Shown: positions 43,302 to 52,890 of the stretch, one piece after another
How positions within the stretch are numbered: the stretch's first letter is position 1
Layout: each line of letters begins with the position of its first letter
DNA from: Clostridia bacterium
GTDB lineage: Bacteria; Bacillota; Clostridia; Oscillospirales; Acutalibacteraceae
Length of the DNA: 64,000 nucleotides
Direction of reading: 5' to 3'
Assembly: GCA_017518415.1 (NCBI GenBank)
Contig: JAFWVC010000060.1
Span: 13,947 to 77,946, forward strand
Translations under genes and position numbers: made by a program
The notes under the pieces: generated by a model
What the model was told of the DNA's origin: nothing
Seen by the model: only the letters and a program-made list of their open reading frames with translations
The model's database searches: none

Positions 43302-44180
43302 TTACTCGATGTTTTGAATCTGTTCCCGTATCTTTTCGATCTCGGCTTTCATATCGACCACGGTACGGGTCGTCTGCAAGTCCTGAATCTTCGAGCCGAT
43401 GGTGTTGGTCTCCCGGTTAATCTCCTGCACCAGGAAGTCCAGCTTGCGGCCCACCGCCTGCTCGCCTTCCAGCATGTGACGCAACTGTTCGAGATGGCTG
43501 CGCAGCCGCACCGTTTCCTCCGCCACGGCGGTCTTGTCGGCATAAATGGCGGCCTCGGTCAGCAGCCGGGCTGGGTCGATCGCCGTGTCCTTGAGCAGTT
43601 CCTGCATGCGGGCCTGCATCTTTTCCATATGGTCGCGGGTCAGCTCCGGGCCGCGCTGTTCGACCAACGTGACCATTTTTTCGATCTCCGCGGCGCGGGC
43701 GGACACATCTTCGGCCAGTTTGCGGCCTTCCCGCTCCCGCATATCGACCAGCTGCTGCAATGCCCCGTCCAGCGCCTGCCGCACCAGCTGCCACAGTTCC
43801 TCCTCATCCGTTTCGGCCCGGGTGACCGACAGCACGTCCGGATACGACGCCAGCCGCCCCGGCGTGACGTCGGCCGTCAGCCCGTACCGTTCGGCCAACT
43901 GCTGCAGCGCCTGATAATAGGCGTCTGCCAGCGCGACGTTCAGCCGGATATCCGCCGCCTGCGTCTGCCGGTCGTCGACGGTGATGAACACGTCGGTCTT
44001 ACCGCGGCTGACGGTCTGCTGTACATAGTTCTTGATCCGGTCGTCGAGAAAGCCGTAGGCCCGCGGCAACCGGGATGAATATTCAAAATAGCGATGGTTC
44101 ACGGTACGGATCTCCGCGGTGATCTCCCAGCGGTCGGTCTGCAGCTGCCCGCGCCCGAACCCGGTCATGCTTTTGATCAT
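43302..44180 (-). CDS. YicC/YloC family stress-induced endoribonuclease-like protein
   Basis: [12 protein letters not shown]-terminus and C-terminal REINTIGSK-like motif ([11 protein letters not shown]). Confidence 0.85.
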   Translation of the reverse strand: MIKSMTGFGRGQLQTDRWEITAEIRTVNHRYFEYSSRLPRAYGFLDDRIKNYVQQTVSRGKTDVFITVDDRQTQAADIRLNVALADAYYQALQQLAERYGLTADVTPGRLASYPDVLSVTRAETDEEELWQLVRQALDGALQQLVDMREREGRKLAEDVSARAAEIEKMVTLVEQRGPELTRDHMEKMQARMQELLKDTAIDPARLLTEAAIYADKTAVAEETVRLRSHLEQLRHMLEGEQAVGRKLDFLVQEINRETNTIGSKIQDLQTTRTVVDMKAEIEKIREQIQNIE

Positions 44181-44193
44181 ACTGTTCCTCCCG

Positions 44194-45600
44194 TTATACC
44201 GGATGCACCTGCTGCGCCGCATGCAGATGGGCCCGGTCGATCCCGAGCTGCGCATCCCGGCGCTGCTCGAAAAACTTCAGCGCGACCGCGCCGAACTGCG
44301 CGTAGGTCAGCACGTCTTCCTCCTGCTGATACCACTCTTTCATCTCTTCCCGCAGTCTGGGAAGTTCCGGCGCCAGCCGGTCGGCGGGCCGGCAGGTCAC
44401 GGGGGCTTCGTCGCCGATGATCTGCCGCACAAAGGCCGGATCGATGGGGACCGGCGTCTTGCCGTAATCGCCCCGCACGAGGCCGCGGAACTCCTTGGTG
44501 ACCATTTTATAGCGTTCCCCGCCGATGACGTTGAATACCGCCTGCGTCCCTACGATCTGCGACGAGGGCGTGACCAGCGGCGGATATCCAGCGTCCGCCC
44601 GGACGCGCGGCACCTCCAGCAGGACCTCTTCCAGCAATTCTTCCCGGCCGGCCTGTTTGAGCTGGCTGACCAGGTTGGAGAGCATGCCTCCCGGCACCTG
44701 ATAGATCAGGGCCCGCACGTCCACCTCCAGCACCTTCGGAGCGATCAGGCCCTCCTTCAGGTAGCGCTGGCGCAGGGCGGTGAAGTGCCGGCTCACACCG
44801 GTCAGCTGCACCAGGTCGAGTCCCGTGTCATACGGGGTGCCCTGCAACGCCGCCACCAGCGATTCCGTCGCCGGGTGGGAGGTGCCCAGCGCCAGCGGAG
44901 AAAGCGCGGTGTCCACCGCGTCGGCACCCGCTTCGATCGCCTTGAGCAGCGCCAGATCCGCCACGCCGGCGGTAAAATGCGAATGCACCTGGATCGGGAC
45001 CCGCACCGTTTCCTTCAGCGCCTTGACCAGTTCGTACGCCGTGTAGGGCAGCAGCAGGCCCGCCATATCCTTGATACAGATCGAGTCCGCGCCCATCTCC
45101 TCGAGCTGTTTGGCGTACCGGACGTAATATTCGGTGTCGAACACAGGCCCGGTCGTGTACGAAACGGCCGCCTGCACGTGAGCGCCTTTTTCCGCCCGGG
45201 CGGCCTTGATGGAGGTCTCGAGATTGCGTACGTCGTTGAGCGCGTCAAAAACACGGATGACGTCGATGCCGTTGGCCACCGACTTCTGCACGAAATACTG
45301 CACTACATCGTCGGCGTAATGGCGGTACCCGAGCATATTCTGCCCACGGAACAACATCTGTAACGGGGTATGCGGCATATGCTGCTTCAATATACGCAGC
45401 CGCTGCCACGGGTCTTCGTTCAAAAACCGCAGGCAAGCGTCAAAGGTGGCGCCGCCCCAGCATTCCAGCGACCGGAAACCGACCGCGTCGAGCGCTTCCA
45501 GGGCCGGCAGCATATCCTCCGTTGTCATACGGGTGGCCAGCAGCGATTGGTGCGCGTCCCGCAGCACCGTTTCGGTGATCCCTATTTTTGCCATCTTCAT
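44194..45600 (-). CDS. biotin-dependent carboxyltransferase 5S-type subunit (oxaloacetate decarboxylase alpha / transcarboxylase 5S-like)
   Basis: ITETVLRDAHQSL..., and HSHFTAGV with HMGL-like TIM barrel features. No C-terminal biotinyl domain on this chain. Confidence 0.85.
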   Translation of the reverse strand: MKMAKIGITETVLRDAHQSLLATRMTTEDMLPALEALDAVGFRSLECWGGATFDACLRFLNEDPWQRLRILKQHMPHTPLQMLFRGQNMLGYRHYADDVVQYFVQKSVANGIDVIRVFDALNDVRNLETSIKAARAEKGAHVQAAVSYTTGPVFDTEYYVRYAKQLEEMGADSICIKDMAGLLLPYTAYELVKALKETVRVPIQVHSHFTAGVADLALLKAIEAGADAVDTALSPLALGTSHPATESLVAALQGTPYDTGLDLVQLTGVSRHFTALRQRYLKEGLIAPKVLEVDVRALIYQVPGGMLSNLVSQLKQAGREELLEEVLLEVPRVRADAGYPPLVTPSSQIVGTQAVFNVIGGERYKMVTKEFRGLVRGDYGKTPVPIDPAFVRQIIGDEAPVTCRPADRLAPELPRLREEMKEWYQQEEDVLTYAQFGAVALKFFEQRRDAQLGIDRAHLHAAQQVHPV

Positions 45601-45950
45601 TCACCGATCCTGACCAGCACGGCCCCGGTATCCACCATCTGCCCTTTGGCTGCCGGTACGGCCGTCACCTTGCCGGCGCAGGGGGCGAGGATCTCGTTCT
45701 CCATCTTCATGGCTTCGAGCATGATCAGAATATCGCCGGTCTTGACGGTATCGCCGACGGCGACGCGCACGTCCAGCACATTGCCGGGCATCGGCGCACA
45801 GACCGCCGTGCCGCCGGAGGGGGCCGCCTTCGGAGCAGCCGGGGCCGCGACCGGGGCCGCGGCTTTCGGGGCCGGGGCGCCGTCAGCCGTGATCTCTTCT
45901 ACCTGTACGTCATACGGGGTGCCGTTGACCGTGATCTGAAAATGTTTCAT
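45597..45950 (-). CDS. biotin carboxyl carrier protein (1.3S-like)
   Basis: Ala/Pro linker, then the biotinylation motif LEAMKMENEI. Confidence 0.8.
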   Translation of the reverse strand: MKHFQITVNGTPYDVQVEEITADGAPAPKAAAPVAAPAAPKAAPSGGTAVCAPMPGNVLDVRVAVGDTVKTGDILIMLEAMKMENEILAPCAGKVTAVPAAKGQMVDTGAVLVRIGE

Positions 45951-45973
45951 CGTATAATCCCTTTCTCGTTTTC

Positions 45974-47209
45974 TCAACGGGTCGTGTGTTTTTTCGGCAG
46001 CAGCGACACGCGCTTGCCGGCCAGCATAGCGATACAGGTCCGCAATTGACGACCGGTATCCGCCGGTTCAATGACGTCGCTGACGTGTCCGCCGGCGGCG
46101 GCCTTTTTGGCCGATCCTTCGACGGCGGCGTATTCTTCCGCTAATTTTTTCTGTTCCTGCGGGGATAGGCCTGCGGCGCGTTCGCTCCACACGACGTGGA
46201 TGGCCGCTTCCGGCGGCAGGGCGCAGATCGTCGCCTGCGGCCAGGCCAGCACAACGTCGGCCCCGGCCTGCCGGCCGGCCGCCGCAATATACACGCTGCC
46301 GTAGGCGCGCCCGGTCACAACGGTGATCTTCGGGCAGGTCGCTTCGGCGTACGCGTCAGACAGTACGGCCGCCGCCCGCATCCCGTCAAACCCCGCCGCA
46401 TCGACAAAGGTGATCACCGGCAGCGAAAATGCGTCGCACAACCGCACGAAGCGGGCCAGACGGCGGCTTTCGCAGCAGCCGATCGCGTCGCCCTGCAGCG
46501 TCACGAACCCGGCCGGACGGCCGCCGATGCGGCCCAGCGCCGCCTGCCCTTCATACAAAGGCAGCAGCGTATCGGCGTCCGTCACCGCGGCGGCGGCGTT
46601 GGCAGCCCCGGTCGGGACCGTGTCGGCCGCGCCGGCTTCATACACGGCCGGCGCCGTCAGATTATTGGCCGGCAGCAGGTCGAGCGCGCGGCGCACGAGC
46701 GCCATCGCCTGCTCGGCCGTCGCGGCCGTACAGGCCGGCTTTGTCGGCTTTTCGTCTTTTTTCAGGTACCAGGCGGCCCCTTTCACGGCGACGGTCAGGT
46801 CCATATTGGCCGCCATCATGGCCGCCGAGCCGATGCACGGCCCGGCGATCACGGCGATCTGCGGTACCACGCCGGACAGGCGATTGGCGGCGCACAGCAC
46901 CTCGGCCAGTGCGTCCATGGCATCGAGCCCTTCCTGCAGCTTCATTCCGTCGCTGTCAAAGCAGCCCACCAACGGCGAACCGGTCTGCGCTGCAAGTTGA
47001 TACAGCCGGCCGATCTTCTCTGCCTGCTTGCGGCCGAAAGCGCCGCAGCGGACCGTTTGCTCCTGCGCGAACGCATATACCTGCGTCCCGTTGACCAGCC
47101 CGACCGCCGTCACGACCTCCGCCGCCCCGTCCGCATCCGCGGACAAACGGGACAGCTCCGTATATTCGCCGGCGTCGTACAGCGCCGTCAGCAGTTGTTT
47201 GCCTGCCAT
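45974..47209 (-). CDS. acyl-CoA carboxyltransferase (12S-like), short 411-aa form
   Basis: Carboxyl-transferase motifs: FDSDGMKLQEG, PQIAVIAGPCIGSAAMM and LPVITFVDAAGF. Confidence 0.8.
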   Translation of the reverse strand: MAGKQLLTALYDAGEYTELSRLSADADGAAEVVTAVGLVNGTQVYAFAQEQTVRCGAFGRKQAEKIGRLYQLAAQTGSPLVGCFDSDGMKLQEGLDAMDALAEVLCAANRLSGVVPQIAVIAGPCIGSAAMMAANMDLTVAVKGAAWYLKKDEKPTKPACTAATAEQAMALVRRALDLLPANNLTAPAVYEAGAADTVPTGAANAAAAVTDADTLLPLYEGQAALGRIGGRPAGFVTLQGDAIGCCESRRLARFVRLCDAFSLPVITFVDAAGFDGMRAAAVLSDAYAEATCPKITVVTGRAYGSVYIAAAGRQAGADVVLAWPQATICALPPEAAIHVVWSERAAGLSPQEQKKLAEEYAAVEGSAKKAAAGGHVSDVIEPADTGRQLRTCIAMLAGKRVSLLPKKHTTR

Positions 47210-47291
47210 CCTATTCGCTCCTTATCTGCCGGATCTGCCGGGCGGTTTCCGGCAAATCTTCTTTATATTTTATAAATGCATAATCAAAGTA

Positions 47292-47320
47292 ATTATAACA
47301 TAAGCGCCGAAAAATGACAA
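47292..47320 (-). promoter_or_regulatory. near-consensus sigma-A promoter for the transcarboxylase operon
   Basis: Minus strand: TTGTCA, 17 nt, TATAAT. Confidence 0.6.
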
Positions 47321-47334
47321 GTCATTTTCCGGCG
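47305..47334 (-). terminator. 14-bp hairpin downstream of the rluB-orf113 transcript, overlapping the -35 of the next promoter
   Basis: Minus strand: CGCCGGAAAATGAC-tt-GTCATTTTTCGGCG followed by CTTATGTTAT. Confidence 0.5.
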
Positions 47335-47369
47335 TCGATTTACAAAAATATAATATATTAAAAAATAAT

Positions 47370-47711
47370 TCAGCGGGCAGAACGGCATCCCCGGCCGAAA
47401 AAGGCCTCCAGCATCACCAACGCCCCCTGCCCGTGCGGACAAAAGCCTTCACGGGCAATCAGCTGCGCCGCCAGATCCGGCTCCCGACAGACGGCGCACA
47501 GACAGCCGGCGGTCCGTCCCCTTTGGAGCGCAGCCCGGGCCAGCCCGTCCGCCACCGCGGGATCTTCCGCCGTCAGGCGCAGCAATTCGACCGTATCGCC
47601 GGCAATGCGGTACCATACGGTGCCGCACGCCCGTCCATCCTGCCCGGCTTGCAGGCATTGCGTGCCGGCCGGCGCGTCAGCCGGTACCGGCGCGGTAAGC
47701 AGCGCGATCAT
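47370..47711 (-). CDS. hypothetical 113-aa Cys-rich protein
   Basis: The ATG at 47711 overlaps the rluB stop (ATGA). Seven Cys, including CLCAVC. Faint GNAT-C-terminal flavour only. Confidence 0.45.
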   Translation of the reverse strand: MIALLTAPVPADAPAGTQCLQAGQDGRACGTVWYRIAGDTVELLRLTAEDPAVADGLARAALQRGRTAGCLCAVCREPDLAAQLIAREGFCPHGQGALVMLEAFFGRGCRSAR

Positions 47712-48499
47712 CTTCTGCGCCCTCTTTCTTCCTTTTCCGGCGTGATACCCGCCTTGATGTAAGCGGCCGCAATCTTCCCCTGCACCTGAGAAGCCACCAG
47801 CAACGCCCGTACCTCCCGCGGCTGCAGATAACGCCATTGCCCGGCCGGCAGCATACCCAGCTTCACCGGCCCGATAGCCGTGCGCCGCAGCCGCGCCACC
47901 TCCCATCCGAGCGCCTCGCACATCCGGCGGATCTGCCGGTTGCGGCCCTCGAACAGCGTCACTTCCAGCACGGTGCGCTCCGGATCGGAGAGGATCACCC
48001 GCAGTTCCGCCGGCGCGGTCGGCCGGCCGTCAAGCTCGATCCCGTTGCGGAACCGTTCGCATTGTTCATCCGTCACGGTACCGTGTACCGTAACGCGGTA
48101 ATATTTCGGCACGTGCGCCGCCGGATGCATGATGGCGTTGGCAAAATCCCCGTCGCCGGTCATCAACAGCAGCCCTTCGGACTGCCGGTCCAACCGGCCG
48201 ACCGGAAACACGCGGCCCGGCACGTCAGCCACCAGATCGGCCACGCACTTGCGATCCTGCTCGTCGCTCAGGGTGGTGATATATCCGCGCGGCTTGTGCA
48301 GCAGAATATACGCCGGCGCCTCCGCAGCCGCCAGCTTTTTGCCCTGTACGTGAATCACGTCCCGGCGGGCGTCCGCCTTGTCGCCGAGTTTGGCTACATG
48401 CCCGTTGACTTTTACTTTCCCCTGTTCGATGAGTTCCTCCGCCTTGCGGCGGGAGGCCACGCCCCGCTCGGACAGGATCTTCTGCAATCTTTCTTCCAT
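47708..48499 (-). CDS. rluB: rRNA pseudouridine synthase (RluB/RsuA family) with S4 domain
   Basis: S4 domain RLQKILSERGVASRRKAEELI, HKPRGYITT and the catalytic GRLDRQSEGLLL. Confidence 0.85.
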   Translation of the reverse strand: MEERLQKILSERGVASRRKAEELIEQGKVKVNGHVAKLGDKADARRDVIHVQGKKLAAAEAPAYILLHKPRGYITTLSDEQDRKCVADLVADVPGRVFPVGRLDRQSEGLLLMTGDGDFANAIMHPAAHVPKYYRVTVHGTVTDEQCERFRNGIELDGRPTAPAELRVILSDPERTVLEVTLFEGRNRQIRRMCEALGWEVARLRRTAIGPVKLGMLPAGQWRYLQPREVRALLVASQVQGKIAAAYIKAGITPEKEERGRRR

Positions 48500-48508
48500 A
48501 CCGACTCC

Positions 48509-49624
48509 TCACAGCGCGACCATGTCGCGCAGTAATTGCAGCCACGTCTGCCGCAGCCGCCGCCAAAAAGAGGCAGACGGCCGGGCCGGCACCGCGTCCC
48601 GCGCTTGCAACGGCAGTTCACACAACAGCTGCCGGTCCGCAAACACCTGCATCACACCAAGCGTCTGCCCCTGCCGTACCGGCGCGAACAGCACGCCCGG
48701 CAGACAAATCCGGGTGCTCAACCGCTCCTCATCGAGCAGGACGAGCGGCGCGCCCGCATCCGCCGCGACCGCCACGCAGCCCTGCTCTCCGCCGATCACC
48801 GGAATCTGCCGCGGCGGCGGGGCCGGGCAATCGACCGTCCGCGTACGGGCAAAGCCTTCCTGATACAAACGGATATGGTCGTTCCAGTCGTCCGGCGCCC
48901 GGAGCGTCACGGCGACCAGCGTCACCCCGTCCTGCTCGGCGGCCGATACCAGACACCGGCCGGCCTGCCGGGTAAAGCCGGTTTTCAGCCCGATGCAGGC
49001 CGGATACAGCGATAAAAGGCGGTTGTGGTTTTTCAGCCATACCGTTTCCCCGCTGACCGTCACCGTCATGTTGCGGGTAGCGCACAACTCCCGCAACAGC
49101 GGAACCTGCAATACGGCGGCGCCCAACCGCGCCATATCCCGGGCGGTGGCCCCGTGCGCCCCTTCATCCAAACCGGAGGGAGTCACGAAAACCGTATTGT
49201 CCATCCCCAGCGCGGCGGCGCGGCGGTTCATCCTGTCCGCAAACGCCGGAAAAGAATTGTCCAGCAGCAGCGCGGCGGCATTGGCCGCGTCGTTGCCGGA
49301 CGCCAGCAGCATACCGGCGCACAGAGCCTGTACGCTCAGCGTGTCGCCGGCCTTCAACCCCATGGAGGACCCCTCCGCCGGCAGCGCGCCGGCCGGGACC
49401 GTCACCGTTTGCGCGGCGGGCATCGCCTCGGCCAGCAGCAGCGCCGTCATCAGTTTGGTGGTGCTGGCCATCGGCCGCACGGTATCCGCCTGCTTTTCAA
49501 ACAGGAACTGTTCTCGCTGCGGCAGATACAGCACCGCCGACGCGGCGGACACCTCCGCTGCGCCGGCCGGCAGCCGCACGCTGCCCAGCAGCACGCACAG
49601 AATCACCCACAGGGCTCGTTTCAT
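48509..49624 (-). CDS. D-alanyl-D-alanine carboxypeptidase (peptidase S11)
   Basis: Signal peptide, SxxK motif ASTTKLMTA, SGN motif LLASGND and KTG motif LKTGFT. Confidence 0.85.
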   Translation of the reverse strand: MKRALWVILCVLLGSVRLPAGAAEVSAASAVLYLPQREQFLFEKQADTVRPMASTTKLMTALLLAEAMPAAQTVTVPAGALPAEGSSMGLKAGDTLSVQALCAGMLLASGNDAANAAALLLDNSFPAFADRMNRRAAALGMDNTVFVTPSGLDEGAHGATARDMARLGAAVLQVPLLRELCATRNMTVTVSGETVWLKNHNRLLSLYPACIGLKTGFTRQAGRCLVSAAEQDGVTLVAVTLRAPDDWNDHIRLYQEGFARTRTVDCPAPPPRQIPVIGGEQGCVAVAADAGAPLVLLDEERLSTRICLPGVLFAPVRQGQTLGVMQVFADRQLLCELPLQARDAVPARPSASFWRRLRQTWLQLLRDMVAL

Positions 49625-49666
49625 CCTTTATCCCCTCCGCCCTATTGTATGGGCGCGGGGCGGCCG

Positions 49667-50062
49667 TTATTCGACCTTGTCTTCCCGGTCAGCCTTATCT
49701 TTGTCCTTGTGCACCAGCCCGCTGATCTTGTTGATCACGTCCGGCACCATGTTGATGATCTGATCCGCCGAGCCGGGCTTGGCCGCCACCGGCAGCAGAC
49801 GCACGTCGTTTTTCTGCACGACGAGCATTGCGATCGGCGTGATGCTCACGCCGGCGCCGCTGCCGCCGCCAAACAGACCAGACGTATTTTTGGACGGCAG
49901 ATCCGACCCGCCGCCGGCGAAACCGTAGGAGACCTTGGAAATCGGGATCACCGTCAGCTCGTCGCTCACGCGGATCTGATCGCCGACCACCGTACTGACG
50001 TCTACCATCTGTTTGATTTTTTCCATCGAGACGTTCAGCACCTCATTGACCTTGTTTTCCAT
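49667..50062 (-). CDS. ytfJ: sporulation protein YtfJ (GerW family)
   Basis: ...VIPISKVSYGFAGGGSD... is the characteristic YtfJ core. Confidence 0.85.
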   Translation of the reverse strand: MENKVNEVLNVSMEKIKQMVDVSTVVGDQIRVSDELTVIPISKVSYGFAGGGSDLPSKNTSGLFGGGSGAGVSITPIAMLVVQKNDVRLLPVAAKPGSADQIINMVPDVINKISGLVHKDKDKADREDKVE

Positions 50063-50732
50063 CCTGTATTACCTCCTGCTTTTTCGGTCGTATACTACTC
50101 CATTTGAGATATCCGATCACCAGGCCCAGCAGCACGCCGAGCAGATGATACGGATAAAAATGCCCGTAGACCTGCGCCGTCACGCGGCTTTTGTCCGCGG
50201 TGAAATCCGGCTGTACCGCCACGTCGGCCCGGCGGATCCGCATGGCGTACTGCAGCACCGTGCGGGCGGGATACAATACCCCGCACACCTTGCCGTACAG
50301 CAGCGCCGTCTGATCCGGTTCCTCCTTTGCCGCGGTAACGTGCACCTGCACCCGGCGAAGGATCGGCACCCGCAGCAGCTTGCCGAGCGTGCCGACGGCC
50401 AGCCGGGCCAGCTCGGTATAAGCGGACAAAAGAGAACCGAGGCCGTCCTGTTTCCACTCCTTCGTCAGGCGGGCCAGCGTGCTTTCCTTCTTTTTCCCGG
50501 GTTCCTCCGGCTGCCGGTGCCGCTTCTTTTTCTCCTTTTCGGGCCTGTCCCGGGCCGGCAGCAGCGTGAAAGGAAGCCCGCAGACGCGCACGCGTGCGCG
50601 CGGCTGTTCCCCGTCGTACGTGAAGGAGAAAAACACCGGCAAACACAACAGCAGCAGTACCAGCGCCAGCAGCGCACCGACCCCGGCCAGCAGCCAGAGC
50701 AGCCCCTGCCCGATCGCGGCTAACACGCCCAT
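50043..50732 (-). CDS. DUF2953/YtfI-like sporulation membrane protein
   Basis: N-terminal TM segment and position immediately upstream of ytfJ, as in other spore formers. Family assignment is by recollection. Confidence 0.6.
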   Translation of the reverse strand: MGVLAAIGQGLLWLLAGVGALLALVLLLLCLPVFFSFTYDGEQPRARVRVCGLPFTLLPARDRPEKEKKKRHRQPEEPGKKKESTLARLTKEWKQDGLGSLLSAYTELARLAVGTLGKLLRVPILRRVQVHVTAAKEEPDQTALLYGKVCGVLYPARTVLQYAMRIRRADVAVQPDFTADKSRVTAQVYGHFYPYHLLGVLLGLVIGYLKWSSIRPKKQEVIQDGKQGQ

Positions 50733-50748
50733 CGCGTCACGGCCCCTT

Positions 50749-51354
50749 TCACTCCTCCTGTGCCTGTTCGGCCTCTTCGGCCTGTTCCGCCTGCTGTACC
50801 ACGTCTTCCAGCGTGATCTCCGTCATGGAAGTGCCCTGCTGCTCCTCGGTGGGCAGCGGCGGCAATTGTTCCAGCGACGACAGGCCGAAGCTGCGCAGAA
50901 AATCCGGCGTAGTGCCGTAGATCAACGGGCGGCCCGGCAGTTCCAGCCGCCCCTTCTCCTCCACCAGCGCCTTGGATACCAGACCCTGCAGTACGGCGCC
51001 GCAATCAACGCCGCGCACCTGCTCGATAAACGCCCGCGTCACCGGCTGGTTATACGCCACAATGGACAGCACCTCCAGCGCCGCCTGCGTCAACGGCACG
51101 TTGCGGCGCAAATCCAGCGCGCGGCGCACCGGTTCGGCGTACGCTTTGTCGGTACACAACTGATAATTATCGTCCAGCTTGACCATGCGGATCCCGCCGC
51201 CGCGGGTATTGATATCCTGCATCAGGTCCTGCGCAAGCTGCTCAGTCGTTTCTCCGTCGAGTTCGATCGCTTCGGCCAGCCGGGCCAGCGGCAGCGGCTC
51301 CCCGCAGGCGAACAGCACCGCCTCTATCGCGGCTCGATATTCTTTAATTTCCAT
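50749..51354 (-). CDS. scpB: segregation and condensation protein B
   Basis: MEIKEYRAAIEAVLFACGEPLPLARLAEAI... and GRPLIYGTTPDFL motifs. The track ORF extension upstream of 51354 is spurious. Confidence 0.85.
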   Translation of the reverse strand: MEIKEYRAAIEAVLFACGEPLPLARLAEAIELDGETTEQLAQDLMQDINTRGGGIRMVKLDDNYQLCTDKAYAEPVRRALDLRRNVPLTQAALEVLSIVAYNQPVTRAFIEQVRGVDCGAVLQGLVSKALVEEKGRLELPGRPLIYGTTPDFLRSFGLSSLEQLPPLPTEEQQGTSMTEITLEDVVQQAEQAEEAEQAQEE

Positions 51355-52087
51355 CTTCGGCGGTCCTCTTTTCCTTGTTGTGATGCCCTTCGTTGAGCAG
51401 AATATACGGATCCTCCGGCGTACCCTGCAGCGTGATCCGGTTGCCTTTGAGAAGTTCCAGCACCGCCAGGAAGGTCGCCACCATTTCCGACTTGCTGCCG
51501 ACACTTTCAAACAGCGTATCATAGCGCACGCGATACCCGCTGCGCAGTGTGCGCAGCACCGAGATGATCTTGCTGTATACCGACACGATCTTGCGCTCAA
51601 CAATGCCGCTGAACGCCTGCACCGGCGGCGGCAGACGGCGTCTGCCCCGGCCGGCGGCCGCCAGATAGGCCGCGTACAGTTCCTCAGGCTGATGCCGCAG
51701 CCGGTAGGTCTTGTCCGGCTGACAGGGCTGCGGTGCGCGCACGAACAGGTCGTACCCCACATGCAGACCGCCCAGCCGCCGCGCCGCCCGCTGGCACAGC
51801 TGATATTCGATCAGTTCGCCTTCCAGTTCGCGGCGCAGTTGTTCGGCGTCCTCCTGTCTGGGCAGCAACGAGGCCGATTTCATGTGCACCAGCCGGGCCG
51901 CCATCTCCAGGAAGGAAGATTCCACCTCCAGGTCCTGCTGCTGCATCTGCTCGATGGTCTGCATATATTGCTCCAGCAGTTCCCGGATGGGGATATCACA
52001 GATATTCAGTTTGTTTTTGCGGATCAGGAACAGCAGCAGATCCAGCGGCCCTTCAAAGTCGGGCAATTTGTAGGATATGGTGGTCAT
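51344..52087 (-). CDS. scpA: segregation and condensation protein A
   Basis: YKLPDFEGPLDLLLFLIRKNKLNICDIPI is the typical ScpA N-terminus. Confidence 0.85.
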   Translation of the reverse strand: MTTISYKLPDFEGPLDLLLFLIRKNKLNICDIPIRELLEQYMQTIEQMQQQDLEVESSFLEMAARLVHMKSASLLPRQEDAEQLRRELEGELIEYQLCQRAARRLGGLHVGYDLFVRAPQPCQPDKTYRLRHQPEELYAAYLAAAGRGRRRLPPPVQAFSGIVERKIVSVYSKIISVLRTLRSGYRVRYDTLFESVGSKSEMVATFLAVLELLKGNRITLQGTPEDPYILLNEGHHNKEKRTAEDGN

Positions 52088-52099
52088 ACAACGCCCCCG

Positions 52100-52765
52100 T
52101 CAATAACCAAGTATGGTAGCAAAAAAGTTGATCACCTGCGTATGGATAAACGTCATCGGCTTGTCAAACGCACCCAGGAAAACCAGCAGCAGCACCCCGT
52201 AGGTGATCCACTGATGATATTTTTCCAGCTGATAGGTCCATTTTTCCGGCAAAAAGAGGGAAAAGATGCGGAACCCGTCCAGCGGGAACAGGGGCAGCAG
52301 GTTGAACACCGCCAGCGAAATATTGACTGACGCGAGAATATTGATAAAAATAATATTACATACCAGCAGAACCGTTTCCGGCAGATCGAAAAGCAGGATC
52401 ACGCGGAACACCGCCATACTGAGAAAGGCCAGCAGCAGGTTGGATAACGGGCCGGCGGCCGCCGTGAGCGCCATGCCCAGCTTGCGGTGCCGGAACCGGT
52501 ACGGGCTGATCGGCACGGGCTTGGCAAAGCCGATGCCCGCAAGTACCAGCATCAGCGTGCCGATCAGATCCAGATGCGCCCCCGGGTGAAGCGTCAGACG
52601 CCCCTGCCGCTTGGCCGTATCATCCCCCAGGCAATACGCCGTCAGCGCGTGGGAAAACTCATGGAACGGCAGGCAGATCAGCACCAGCAGCCCATAGGAC
52701 AGCAGCACGGCAAAAAACGCGGTCAACGAAACGTTGCCTCTGTTTTGGATCAAAAAAAACAGCAT
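52100..52765 (-). CDS. site-2 protease family (M50) membrane metalloprotease
   Basis: HEFSHAL zinc motif, NLLPLFPLDG motif, multi-TM. Confidence 0.8.
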   Translation of the reverse strand: MLFFLIQNRGNVSLTAFFAVLLSYGLLVLICLPFHEFSHALTAYCLGDDTAKRQGRLTLHPGAHLDLIGTLMLVLAGIGFAKPVPISPYRFRHRKLGMALTAAAGPLSNLLLAFLSMAVFRVILLFDLPETVLLVCNIIFINILASVNISLAVFNLLPLFPLDGFRIFSLFLPEKWTYQLEKYHQWITYGVLLLVFLGAFDKPMTFIHTQVINFFATILGY

Positions 52766-52890
52766 ACCGGTTCCCCTTCACAAGAATTACATTCACAGTA
52801 AAGTATAACGGAAAAACCTCCTGATTACAAGAGGGTTGCCGCGCCTGTTCAAAAAAAATCAATTTTTTTCGGTTTTCTGAAAAAAAGCAC

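Noticed and set aside
47336-47369. An AT-rich stretch GATTTACAAAAATATAATATATTAAAAAAT that superficially resembles a Firmicutes dif/Xer site (reverse complement has TTTTGTAAATC versus the XerD arm TTATGTAAACT).
   Set aside because: Only about 8/11 in the XerD arm, no acceptable XerC arm and wrong central spacing. It lies inside a promoter/UP-like region with minus-strand genes on both sides.
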